Source: an uncultured bacterium
GTDB taxonomy: Bacteria > Krumholzibacteriota > Krumholzibacteriia > Krumholzibacteriales > Krumholzibacteriaceae
Assembly: GCA_964599375.1 (NCBI GenBank)
Contig: CAZREW010000006.1
Location: forward strand, 28,285-92,284
Direction of reading: 5' to 3'
Length of the DNA stretch: 64,000 nt
This document shows positions 36,504-45,201 of the stretch, one piece after another; position 1 is the first letter of the stretch; each line of letters starts with the position of its first letter. Made by a program: the position numbers and the translations under genes. Under the pieces are notes generated by a model, which worked only from the letters and a program-made list of their open reading frames with translations, did not search any database and was not told the origin of the DNA.

Positions 36504-38996
36504 TCACGTGCGGCGGTAGTACCTGTCGAGGCCCGTCTTCTTCAGCTCCTTGTACAGCTTGCCTCTAGAGATCCCCAGCCAGCGCGCCGCCGCGCTCTTG
36601 TTGCCCCTGCAGATGTTCATCGCGCTCTCGATCCTGCGCCTGCTGCTGTCGCCGTTTCCCTGGAAATCCAGATCATGCGTACCTGCCGGAACTCCAGTCA
36701 TCCTGTCAGGCAGCATCTCGATCGTGATGGGAGAATCGCTCGCATAGCAGCTCAACCTGTCAGCGATCGATATCAGCTCTCTGACGTTGCCGGGCCAATG
36801 ATATTTCTGGAAGACAGAGAGCACGCCCCGGTCGATCCGCACCGTTCTTCCGCCGTTACCGTTGCCGTTTCCACAGAGGCGCCAGACCATAAGGGGGATG
36901 ATATCCTCACGGCGGTCACGCAGCGGAGGGATATGGATCCTTTCCGAGTTGATCCTGAAGAAAAAATCCTCCCTGAGCGACAAATCGCTCAGTTTGCTTC
37001 CTAGATCCTGATTCGTGGCTGAGACCAGTTTTATATCGACCTCTTGCTCGCCGTTCTCCCCGAGCCTTCTGATCCGCCCTTCCTGCAGCACCCTGAGCAA
37101 CTTGGCCTGGTGAAGCGTCGACAGCTCCCCCACTTCATCGAGAAAGAGCGTGCCTCCACTCGCTTCCTCGAAGAAGCCACGCCTGTCAACGACGGCGCCG
37201 GTGAACGAGCCTTTCCTGTGCCCGAAGAATTCGCTCTCGAAGAGATGGTCCGGGATCGCAGCGCAGTTGACGGCTACGAAGGGACCCGAAGCCCTCTCGC
37301 TCGAATTGTGGATCAGCCTGGCGACAAGCTCCTTTCCCGTTCCGGTCTCTCCCGTCACCAGGACCGGCCCCCTATATGACGCCGCGAACTGTATCCTCTC
37401 CCAGACATCGTGCATGACGGGCGATACGGCTACCATTCCGTTGCAGACCTTGTAGTCGCTCGAGAAACCTACCTCTATCAGATCTGAGTCAGTTTCACCG
37501 CTCTGGTACAGCCTGGCGGGCACCGCGCCGCCCCGTCTTTCGTGGCCGAGCAGGCTGTCTACCCGATCGACCATGAGCTGTGCGTTCATACCGGCGAAAA
37601 GATGGCGGGCTTCCCAGAGCAGGCTCCAGGGCTCAACCGCCTTGCTGTTTCCCGTGATCTCCGCCTTTTGGGCCTTATCCGTCCTCGACAAAAGGGTCTC
37701 CGCATATATGAGGCAGGTCCTGGCCAGCTCGAATGTGCTTCCCGATCTCCTGATAAGAGCCTGCGCGCGCTCAAAAAGTGCCTTTACGGTGTCGAGATCC
37801 ACGCGGCAGGCTTCCGCCCTGCCCATGGCCCTGAAGACAAGACCCAGCTCAAGTGGAGCGTCCAGTCCCCCGGCAATGCTCTCTGCATCCTCGAGACGAT
37901 CCCTTGCCGCTTTAATATCGCCCCGCGCGATCTCGAGCTCGCCCGTCTTCCTGGCGATCTCAGCGGCCACGTCACCGACGGGGGCAATCTCCGACACGAT
38001 GTCCCGAGCCCGGGCCAGGCAGTTCTGCGCCATCACCAGATCGCGCCTGCTGATGTGTATCGAAGCTATGCCGGACAGGGACAGGGCCAGTTCTCGCCTG
38101 TAGCCCTGCTCCTTCGCGAGCCGGGAGGCGTCCGAAAAGAGCTCGAGCGCCTCATCGAGGGCATCGCGCCTGCTGGCCGCGTTTCCCAGGGCAATAAGGC
38201 ACCTGCACCTGCCGATATGCCAGTTTACACGCTCGAAGAGCGAAGTGGCCTTGATGAACGACCGCTCGGCCGAGTCGCTCTCGCCCATGTGGAACTGCGT
38301 TATTCCGAGATTGAGCAGGGCTGCCGCGAGGCCGTACTCATCATCGTTCTTCGAGCATGCGGCAGCCGCCCTTCTGAGGTCGTCGGCGGCTTTTCTCATG
38401 AAGCCGAGCCTTCTGAGGACGAGCCCCATCATCGTCAGGACCCTGGCTCTCAACTTCCAGCTCGACACCGAAGTCGTAAGCCCTAGGGCGGTCTCGAGGA
38501 TCTCCCTGGCACGCAGGGTATCATCGAGGAAATAGCAGCAGGCTCCCTCGATAAGGTATTTCTCCCCCGCCAGCGTTCCGTCGAGACAGTTCTCGACCGA
38601 CCCATCCATATCATCAAGCTCCTGCAGCGCGGCGCGGTATTCTCCCTGCCTCCTGAGGATATTCGCCCTGATCACGGCTGCTTCATAACGCTCGCAGCAG
38701 GCGTCGACCTCGACTGACCGGATAAGCTCTGCAAGCATGTCGAGGTATATCGAGCTTTCGTCGAATCCGCTCAGATAGTAGGAGTTCCTGGCAGCGAGAA
38801 GGAGGACGCGCGCTTCCATCTCGAACGGGACAGGCTCCCGCTCGATGGCGGACAATGCCTCTCTCGTCGCTATAAGCGCACTCCTGTAGTCACCTGTGGC
38901 CTGGTGGCCCTGCGCTTCGGTTATGTACCTGTCCACGGTCTCGTGTCGTTTACGCATGGTATCGGTCGGCCCCGTGCTATCTGAATATCGGTCCAA
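36504..38996 (-). CDS. Sigma-54-dependent activator with large N-terminal TPR-repeat domain (TPR-AAA+-HTH)
   Basis: ETGTGKE, GSFTGA, FFFRINSERIHIPPLRDRRED, C-terminal HTH. ~480-aa N-terminal region of TPR-like helical repeats. Confidence 0.8.
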   Translation of the reverse strand: MDRYSDSTGPTDTMRKRHETVDRYITEAQGHQATGDYRSALIATREALSAIEREPVPFEMEARVLLLAARNSYYLSGFDESSIYLDMLAELIRSVEVDACCERYEAAVIRANILRRQGEYRAALQELDDMDGSVENCLDGTLAGEKYLIEGACCYFLDDTLRAREILETALGLTTSVSSWKLRARVLTMMGLVLRRLGFMRKAADDLRRAAAACSKNDDEYGLAAALLNLGITQFHMGESDSAERSFIKATSLFERVNWHIGRCRCLIALGNAASRRDALDEALELFSDASRLAKEQGYRRELALSLSGIASIHISRRDLVMAQNCLARARDIVSEIAPVGDVAAEIARKTGELEIARGDIKAARDRLEDAESIAGGLDAPLELGLVFRAMGRAEACRVDLDTVKALFERAQALIRRSGSTFELARTCLIYAETLLSRTDKAQKAEITGNSKAVEPWSLLWEARHLFAGMNAQLMVDRVDSLLGHERRGGAVPARLYQSGETDSDLIEVGFSSDYKVCNGMVAVSPVMHDVWERIQFAASYRGPVLVTGETGTGKELVARLIHNSSERASGPFVAVNCAAIPDHLFESEFFGHRKGSFTGAVVDRRGFFEEASGGTLFLDEVGELSTLHQAKLLRVLQEGRIRRLGENGEQEVDIKLVSATNQDLGSKLSDLSLREDFFFRINSERIHIPPLRDRREDIIPLMVWRLCGNGNGNGGRTVRIDRGVLSVFQKYHWPGNVRELISIADRLSCYASDSPITIEMLPDRMTGVPAGTHDLDFQGNGDSSRRRIESAMNICRGNKSAAARWLGISRGKLYKELKKTGLDRYYRRT

Positions 38997-39387
38997 ACAG
39001 CATCTGCAGCGTAATCAACAATTTAGTTTTCACGCGGGAACGCCCCGCCCCTGCCTTGCGACCGGTTTCCCGGTGCCCCCCTGTGATTGCGCTGTCCACG
39101 CCACCTGTCGTGGACGAATATGACCCTCCGATAAGATCCCGGGAGAGCCCGGGCTCCACAAATGGGTCCACTGTCAGATGCGGATCCTCTCCTGGATCTG
39201 CCCCGACGGTTTCGCCGAAGATCGTATATTTTCCGGCGATGGGAGACCTGGCATGCACCGCCCCGGAGAGCGGAAACAGAAGTGTGGCGGCGATAAGGGC
39301 CAGGACTGAAAATGAAAAAAGGCGCCTGATACTGCTTCTCATAAGCAACGCTCCTGTCGCTTTCTGTCGCGACCGGATGTCGATCAT
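38977..39387 (-). CDS. Possible small secreted protein
   Basis: An internal start MRSSIRRLFSFSVLALIAATLLFPLSGAVHA gives a signal peptide. Gly/Ser/Thr-rich. Could be a spurious ORF in the promoter region. Confidence 0.3.
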   Translation of the reverse strand: MIDIRSRQKATGALLMRSSIRRLFSFSVLALIAATLLFPLSGAVHARSPIAGKYTIFGETVGADPGEDPHLTVDPFVEPGLSRDLIGGSYSSTTGGVDSAITGGHRETGRKAGAGRSRVKTKLLITLQMLFGPIFR

Positions 39388-39752
39388 CTTAGTGAAAAAC
39401 CCTGTATCAAACCGCCATGGGCAATCGCTTTCTTGTCATGTAATTTTATCATATAATGGGTATCCGGGTCAACCCGCCTCAAATTTTAATGCACGCGTAA
39501 AAGAAATATTCTTGGGTGTAATATTTTTCTATAATTAGTGGAAACTATTATTTACATTTGTTATAATCATTTTACAGTTGTGTATCTCATTATGTTATTG
39601 ATTGTTAACAAACGTTTCCGGTGGTGAGGTAAATTGTTCTTTACCAATAAATGGGATGCCCGTGGTGAATCCGGGCGGCCGCGTGTGGTGTCCTCTGGTT
39701 TATCATATTGCAATAAATGCAGTTGCAAGCATTGTTTCCGGCCCACAAATGA

Positions 39753-39767
39753 TGGCACGCACCTTGC
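39753..39767 (+). promoter_or_regulatory. Sigma-54 promoter (TGGCAC-GCACC-TTGC), consensus match
   Basis: Perfect -24/-12 elements with N5 spacing, inside a ~500-nt AT-rich leader, ~130 nt upstream of ATG 39899. Confidence 0.6.
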
Positions 39768-39898
39768 GGAAGTAATCAATGCCAGTAAACTGTACTTTAC
39801 ACCATGAGTCAGCACCGCCCGGACTGCATCAATTATCGATGTAACCTGTTGAAAAGACAGGGCCGGGGAAAAACCGGATAAAGGGGGTTTCCGGTAAG

Positions 39899-41548
39899 AT
39901 GAGCACGAAAAAGAAGGACCCGACGAAGGATTTTTACGAGGATGTCGAGAGTGACCTCGACCATCTCGAGGGATCAGTAGCGGTCAGACAGAGCAAGGAT
40001 ATTTCGGGCCAGCTCGCTGAAAGCAGGCATCGCGTGCAAAAGCTCGAGATGCTGACAGAGATCACGCAGGCGATGAACTCGACCCTCAATCTCAACGAGC
40101 TCCTGTCGCACATCGTCGATTCGACGATCAAGATCGCCGACATGGACCGCGGGTTCCTGATGCTCAGGAACAAGGCCGGCGAGCTCGAGTTCCGGATAGC
40201 GAGAAGCAGCAGGCAGCAGAATCTCGGCGAAAACGACTTCGAGGTCAGCCATACGATCATAGGGGAAGCCGCAGACAAGGGCAAACCCCTCTTCATCTCC
40301 AATCTGGACAAGAACGGCAGGTACAAGGACCAGGAGAGCGTGCTCGACCTGCAGCTCAAGACTGCCGTCTGCCTCCCCCTTATACGCGACGATGTGGTGA
40401 TCGGCGTCATCTATACCGACGCCAGCAGGCTCAGTATCGAGATCGAGAAGGAGGACATGCCGATCTTCGAGGCATTTGCCGTCCAGGCTGCGATCGCGAT
40501 CGAGAACGCGCGGCTTCACGGCGAGCTGCTTCTTTCCAAGGAGAACCTCACAAGGGAGAACCTCGAGCTCAGGGCGGTCCTTTCCGAGAAGTACGAATTC
40601 TCCGGTATAATCGGCAAGAGCAAGGCGATGCAGGAGATCTTCACCACGATAAGGAAGATCTCCCCGTTCGATACGACCGTCCTGATCACCGGTGCCACAG
40701 GGACAGGCAAGGAGCTCATTGCCAAAGCCATCCATTTCAACGGTCCCCGCAAGACGAATCCTCTGGTCACGATAAACTGCGGAGCGATGGCGCCCGAGCT
40801 CCTCGAGAGTGAGCTCTTCGGACACAAGAAGGGGTCGTTCACAGGCGCAGTCAGCGACAAGCCCGGACTGTTCGAGACCGCAAGCGGCGGCACCCTCTTT
40901 CTAGACGAGATAGGCGACATGCCGCAACCGCTGCAGGTAAAGCTCCTGCGCGCCCTTCAGGAAGGTGAGATAAGGAGGATCGGGGAGAATACAAACCGTC
41001 ACGTGGATGTCCGGGTCATAGCAGCGACAAACCGCGACCTCAAGGAGGACATCGAGGCCGGCAGGTTCCGCCAGGACCTCTACTACAGGCTCAACGTGGT
41101 CCCCATCACCATACCGCCTCTGAATGAGAGGGGGGAGGATATACTGCCCCTGACTCAGCATTTCCTCGAGAAGTACTCCGCGAAGATGAACAAGGGCGAA
41201 GTCGGGATAGCCCCCGATGTCATGAAGATGATACTTGCCAATCCGTGGCCCGGTAACGTAAGGGAGCTCGAGAACACTGTCGAGAGGGCGCTCGCGCTCT
41301 GCGGCGACTCCACCACCCTGTCGATGATCCATTTCCCGCAACTCGGTCACGGCGGCCTAATACTAGGCGGCGTGGATTCTGGACGTTCGCTGAAGGAAAA
41401 GATGCGGGTGGTCGAGAAGCAGTTCATCATCGAGGCCCTGGAGGAAACGGGCGGAAAGATAACTAGGGCGGCGGAACTGCTTGATGTGACACGTCAGCAC
41501 CTTCATAATAAGATCCGGCAGTACGAGCTCAACAGAAAGAAGCGCTGA
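39899..41548 (+). CDS. Sigma-54-dependent activator with N-terminal GAF domain
   Basis: GAF-like region (GFLMLRNKAGELEF...VCLPLIRDDVVIGVIYTD), GATGTGKE, GSFTGA, RFRQDLYYRL, C-terminal HTH. Confidence 0.85.
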   Translation: MSTKKKDPTKDFYEDVESDLDHLEGSVAVRQSKDISGQLAESRHRVQKLEMLTEITQAMNSTLNLNELLSHIVDSTIKIADMDRGFLMLRNKAGELEFRIARSSRQQNLGENDFEVSHTIIGEAADKGKPLFISNLDKNGRYKDQESVLDLQLKTAVCLPLIRDDVVIGVIYTDASRLSIEIEKEDMPIFEAFAVQAAIAIENARLHGELLLSKENLTRENLELRAVLSEKYEFSGIIGKSKAMQEIFTTIRKISPFDTTVLITGATGTGKELIAKAIHFNGPRKTNPLVTINCGAMAPELLESELFGHKKGSFTGAVSDKPGLFETASGGTLFLDEIGDMPQPLQVKLLRALQEGEIRRIGENTNRHVDVRVIAATNRDLKEDIEAGRFRQDLYYRLNVVPITIPPLNERGEDILPLTQHFLEKYSAKMNKGEVGIAPDVMKMILANPWPGNVRELENTVERALALCGDSTTLSMIHFPQLGHGGLILGGVDSGRSLKEKMRVVEKQFIIEALEETGGKITRAAELLDVTRQHLHNKIRQYELNRKKR

Positions 41549-41580
41549 GCGATTCATATCCTTTGCGCTGGAGGATGGCC

Positions 41581-42063
41581 ATGGAACTGAAGACGGTGAA
41601 GATCGAGAAGCCGTCGGAGATCAACTTCATCCTCGGACAATCTCATTTCATCAAAACAGTGGAGGATCTCCACGAGGTCGCGATAGCCTCAGCCCCCGGG
41701 ATCAAGTTCGGCATAGCATTCTGCGAGGCTTCCGGGGACTGCCTGATCCGCATCTCGGGTAACGACGACGAGATGGTAGAGCTGGCCAAAAGCAACGCCG
41801 CGGCGATCGGGGCGGGACACTCGTTCATAATGTTCATGAAGGATGCGTTCCCGATACACATCCTCAACGCGGTCAAGGATGTCCCTGAGGTCTGCGGCAT
41901 ATTCTGCGCGACAGCAAACCCGGTCGAGGTCATAGTCGCAGTGTCGAAGCAGGGCCGCGGGATACTCGGCGTCATCGACGGAGAAAAACCGAAGGGCACC
42001 GAGGACGAAGAGGGAAAGGCCTGGCGGCACGACATCCTGAGGAAATTCGGATACAAGCTCTGA
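41581..42063 (+). CDS. Adenosine-specific kinase family (PF04008-like) protein
   Basis: MELKTVKIEKP...ILGQSHFIKTVEDL...GIKFGIAFCEASG...IGAGHSF...CATANPVEV...GRGILGVIDG pattern. GGAGG 6 nt before ATG 41581. Confidence 0.55.
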   Translation: MELKTVKIEKPSEINFILGQSHFIKTVEDLHEVAIASAPGIKFGIAFCEASGDCLIRISGNDDEMVELAKSNAAAIGAGHSFIMFMKDAFPIHILNAVKDVPEVCGIFCATANPVEVIVAVSKQGRGILGVIDGEKPKGTEDEEGKAWRHDILRKFGYKL

Positions 42064-42082
42064 CGCCGGCGATCATGACCGG

Positions 42083-43093
42083 TCAGCAGTCCTTCTTCTC
42101 CCGTAACACTATGCCGTGCCTGCGCATACGATACAGGAGAGTCGTCCTCTTCAGGCCGAGGATCGACGCCGCCCTGCTGTGGTTCGACCCAGCCCTCCTG
42201 AGGGCGCCCAGTATCTCCTCCCTCTCAAACCTGCGGAGCTTTCCGTCGAGCCCTGTCTGGTCCCCGGGCGTGGGATCGAGGAGACCGGACACTATCCCTG
42301 CCGGGAGATCCGTCATCTCGAGCCTGCCCGAACACTTTCTCAGGGCCGCCGCGACTACCTCGTTCTGAAGCTGCCTGACATTGCCCGGCCAATCGAACGA
42401 CTCGAGGGCAAGCTGTGCCGCGGGCGAGACCGTCAGCGGCCCTATCGAGTATTCAGAGACCAGGCGTGATATGAAATGAGAGGAGAGAGGCATTATGTCG
42501 GCTTTGCGCTCACGCAGCGGGGGAATCCGGAAAACGACCGCGGACAGCCTGTAATACAGGTCGTCCCTGAAGGAACCCAGCTCTATTTCAGCTGGCAGGT
42601 CGCGGTTTGTGGCCGCGACGACCCTCGCGCCAGATCTTCTCGCGACACTCTCGCCTACAGGCATATACTCCCCTGAATCGAGGAATCTCAGGAGTCTTGC
42701 CTGGGCCCCGGGATCCGCTTCACCGATCTCATCGAGAAACAGCGTACCTCTGTCGGCTGCGGCGGCGAGGCCGGACTGATGCCTCACGGCGCCGGTGAAC
42801 GCTCCCTTGACATGACCGAAAAGGAAACTCTCGAACAGGTCTCCACGGAGAGTGGAAGCATTAACGGGGATAAAAGGGGATCTCGCCCTGCCGCTCCATC
42901 TGTGGATAAGCCTGGCAACGACTTCCTTGCCCGTGCCGGACTCTCCCGTTATAAGGACCGGCACCGGAAACGGGGATATCCTGCGGATCTCATCGAGGAG
43001 TCCCTTCATGGCTGGATCAGCTGTGATGAAGGCTGGCGATTTTTCCTTCTGCATATCGGTCGGTCCGCCCAGCCGGATGCCCGCATCCGACAC
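42083..43093 (-). CDS. Sigma-54 activator lacking a sensory domain (AAA+ plus HTH only; PspF/HrpS-like)
   Basis: GESGTGKE, canonical GAFTGA, FRDDLYYRL, C-terminal HTH. Only ~25 residues precede the AAA+ core. GTG at 43093 has GGGGGAG 7 nt upstream; ATG 43054 is an alternative. Confidence 0.8.
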   Translation of the reverse strand: MSDAGIRLGGPTDMQKEKSPAFITADPAMKGLLDEIRRISPFPVPVLITGESGTGKEVVARLIHRWSGRARSPFIPVNASTLRGDLFESFLFGHVKGAFTGAVRHQSGLAAAADRGTLFLDEIGEADPGAQARLLRFLDSGEYMPVGESVARRSGARVVAATNRDLPAEIELGSFRDDLYYRLSAVVFRIPPLRERKADIMPLSSHFISRLVSEYSIGPLTVSPAAQLALESFDWPGNVRQLQNEVVAAALRKCSGRLEMTDLPAGIVSGLLDPTPGDQTGLDGKLRRFEREEILGALRRAGSNHSRAASILGLKRTTLLYRMRRHGIVLREKKDC

Positions 43094-43292
43094 TCCCGGT
43101 CTCCCCCGGACACAGAAACGGGAAGACGAAAGTGTCCCCCCTTTTCGCTGTCTCGGGCGGCCTCACGGATGTGCCGCCGTATGTTCAGGTTTCGGAAGGG
43201 ATTATACCAGCAATGGCAGTATCTGTCAAATGCGCTGACATAGGTATAACTCCTCAACTTATTGTGATATTTACCGTTAGTCTTGTTGGATA

Positions 43293-43321
43293 TTGACAAA
43301 AAGGAACCGTTATGGTATACT
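43293..43321 (+). promoter_or_regulatory. Consensus sigma-70 promoter TTGACA-N17-TATACT
   Basis: Read directly from the sequence. No ORF follows it. Confidence 0.6.
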
Positions 43322-43327
43322 GCACCA

Positions 43328-43452
43328 CGATTAGCAACAGGTTCCGAGGGGTTGCTTGAAGACCTGACATCTTAGGATTACTTGAATTACTGACACCAGT
43401 TCGGCCTAGATTGCTTATCTCGCGCCCGCCTCACGGCGGGCGCTCCTTTTTT
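43328..43452 (+). ncRNA. Candidate small non-coding RNA (~125 nt), family unknown
   Basis: Bounded by a consensus sigma-70 promoter and an intrinsic terminator (GCGCCCGCC-TCAC-GGCGGGCGC + TCCTTTTTT at 43422..43452). No ATG and no RBS inside. Internal hairpin GCAAC-AGGUUCCGAGGG-GUUGC. Confidence 0.45.
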
Positions 43453-45032
43453 CAGTGCTCCTGTAGATCGAGCCCCTTCCCCGTGCGCTTCGTGACGGAC
43501 CGCTCCCAGAGATAGAAAGCCATGAAGACGACGGCGAAGCAGAAGTAGCCGAACGCCCAGGGCCCGCCGGCGTTCCATCCGAGCACGCTTACCGTCTCGT
43601 TCCCCGAAAACTCGTAGGTGTGGATCACGCCGAAGAAAGCCATTATCGCCGCGGCGAGGGACCAGAGCGAGGCCTTGCGGAATTCCCGTTCGATAAGGAA
43701 GACGCTGATCGCGGCGATGATCATCGATGTGAATATGAACCCCCGCTCGAGGGCGAGCATCCCCCTGAACCCGTTAATAGGGACACCCTTTGCCGCCTCC
43801 TTCGTGAGCGTCGTTCCAGCCCCCTGGTATCCCAGCTTGAGCAGATTGATGCCCCACGCGGCGAAGGCGGGGAAGAGGCCGACCACTACCGCGGGAGCAT
43901 GGTTCCTCGGCGTAGCCTGGAACGCCTGGGCCGAGATGATTATACCGATCCACAGGACGATCGCGATACCCGCCTCCATCGGTATGATCGTATTTATCAG
44001 ACGGACCATCCCGAACAATGCGACGATGACGAAGAAGATGCCGTTGAGAACCGAGTATCCCGTCCTCGCGCCCAGCCCCTTCCAGCCCGGATGCCCGATA
44101 TATATCGTTGTCGGGAAGCACGAGCCGAAGAACGCGGCGATCAGGGTCCCGATCCCGTTGACCGCGAGCGATGGCCTGGTCTCATACCTATCGCCGGCAG
44201 CCTCGGCGCTCTCGAGGTTCTGCAGCGACCCGAGGACATTAAACAGCGCCATAGGGATGATGATGGAGAAATACTTCCACATGTAGGGGCTCCTGAGGAT
44301 ATCGAAAAGGTCCGCTCCGGCGAACCTGGGAGTGTAGAACCCGACCTGCGACGCGGCCGCCGATACTGCTCCGCCGTCCATCAATCCGAACACCCATGCC
44401 AGCACGGTCCCCGCCGCAAGGGCGACCGCTCCCCCGGGCAGGCCGAACGGGAACTTCACGCGCGCGAAGTACTGGATCAATATGATCGCCAGAGGCAACA
44501 TCGCGATGAGCGGTTTCTCGAATGTCTGGAACGCGAAATCCATCGATATGAATGTTATCGCTATACCGGCCAGCGTCGAGAGCAGAGCGGCCCTCGGCGT
44601 TATCCGCCTGAGGACGTCGACGAAGAAGGCCCCCGAGAACTCGATTATCCCGCTGCCGAGACAGGCTAAAAGGCCTACTTTCCAGGCCATCTCGTAGCTT
44701 CCCGTCTCCCTGTAGACCGGCCCCATTATGAAGATCAGGTAGGCGAAGAGGCTGACCGTGTTGATACCGTAGGGAAGCGCCGTGACGTCAGTGCGCCTCT
44801 CCCTTTTAGCGAGCTTTCTCGCCTGCCATGAATAGAAGAGATTGCCTATGATGACCGAAAGCGCCGCGCCGGGCATAATCCTCGTGAAAACGAACTCGGA
44901 CGGGATGCCGGCGATGATCGGGCAGAGCGTCGCGATGAGAAGAAACTGGATGAGATTGTCGATGGCCAGCCCGAAGAAGCCGTCGATATCGCGTTTCACG
45001 ATCCATGGATACGCGAATGAGCTGTCTTCCAT
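43452..45032 (-). CDS. NCS2-family nucleobase permease-like transporter (AzgA/COG2252-like)
   Basis: 526 aa, ~13-14 TM. C-terminal half shows the GSxFxxTxYxG...GARTG...IPxEAxxAxLxWxG pattern seen in AzgA-type permeases. Family assignment is tentative. Confidence 0.45.
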   Translation of the reverse strand: MEDSSFAYPWIVKRDIDGFFGLAIDNLIQFLLIATLCPIIAGIPSEFVFTRIMPGAALSVIIGNLFYSWQARKLAKRERRTDVTALPYGINTVSLFAYLIFIMGPVYRETGSYEMAWKVGLLACLGSGIIEFSGAFFVDVLRRITPRAALLSTLAGIAITFISMDFAFQTFEKPLIAMLPLAIILIQYFARVKFPFGLPGGAVALAAGTVLAWVFGLMDGGAVSAAASQVGFYTPRFAGADLFDILRSPYMWKYFSIIIPMALFNVLGSLQNLESAEAAGDRYETRPSLAVNGIGTLIAAFFGSCFPTTIYIGHPGWKGLGARTGYSVLNGIFFVIVALFGMVRLINTIIPMEAGIAIVLWIGIIISAQAFQATPRNHAPAVVVGLFPAFAAWGINLLKLGYQGAGTTLTKEAAKGVPINGFRGMLALERGFIFTSMIIAAISVFLIEREFRKASLWSLAAAIMAFFGVIHTYEFSGNETVSVLGWNAGGPWAFGYFCFAVVFMAFYLWERSVTKRTGKGLDLQEH

Positions 45033-45128
45033 GCTTCCTCCTTGATTGCTGCGTCCGGTTACGCGGCCCTGACTTTACAGATGAACGGGCGAACGTTCAA
45101 ACAGGAATTTTTATCATCGTTGACGTGG

Positions 45129-45157
45129 AGGAAGTATTCTCATAGAGTCTCCATGAA
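45129..45157 (+). promoter_or_regulatory. Possible sigma-70 promoter (TTGACG-N17-TAGAGT)
   Basis: Read from the sequence upstream of ATG 45202. Confidence 0.3.
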
Positions 45158-45201
45158 TAAACGATGTTCCGGGGGATACTGACCAGGGATGGTGTCCTGT
45201 C

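Noticed and set aside
43328-43452. Possibility that the sRNA candidate is SRP (4.5S) RNA
   Set aside because: Only a partial GUCAGGUC-like resemblance, and on the opposite strand. The conserved GGAAG...AGCAGC domain IV motif is not present in the transcribed orientation.
43620-44669. 349-aa and 222-aa plus-strand ORFs
   Set aside because: Antisense to the permease gene (43452..45032).
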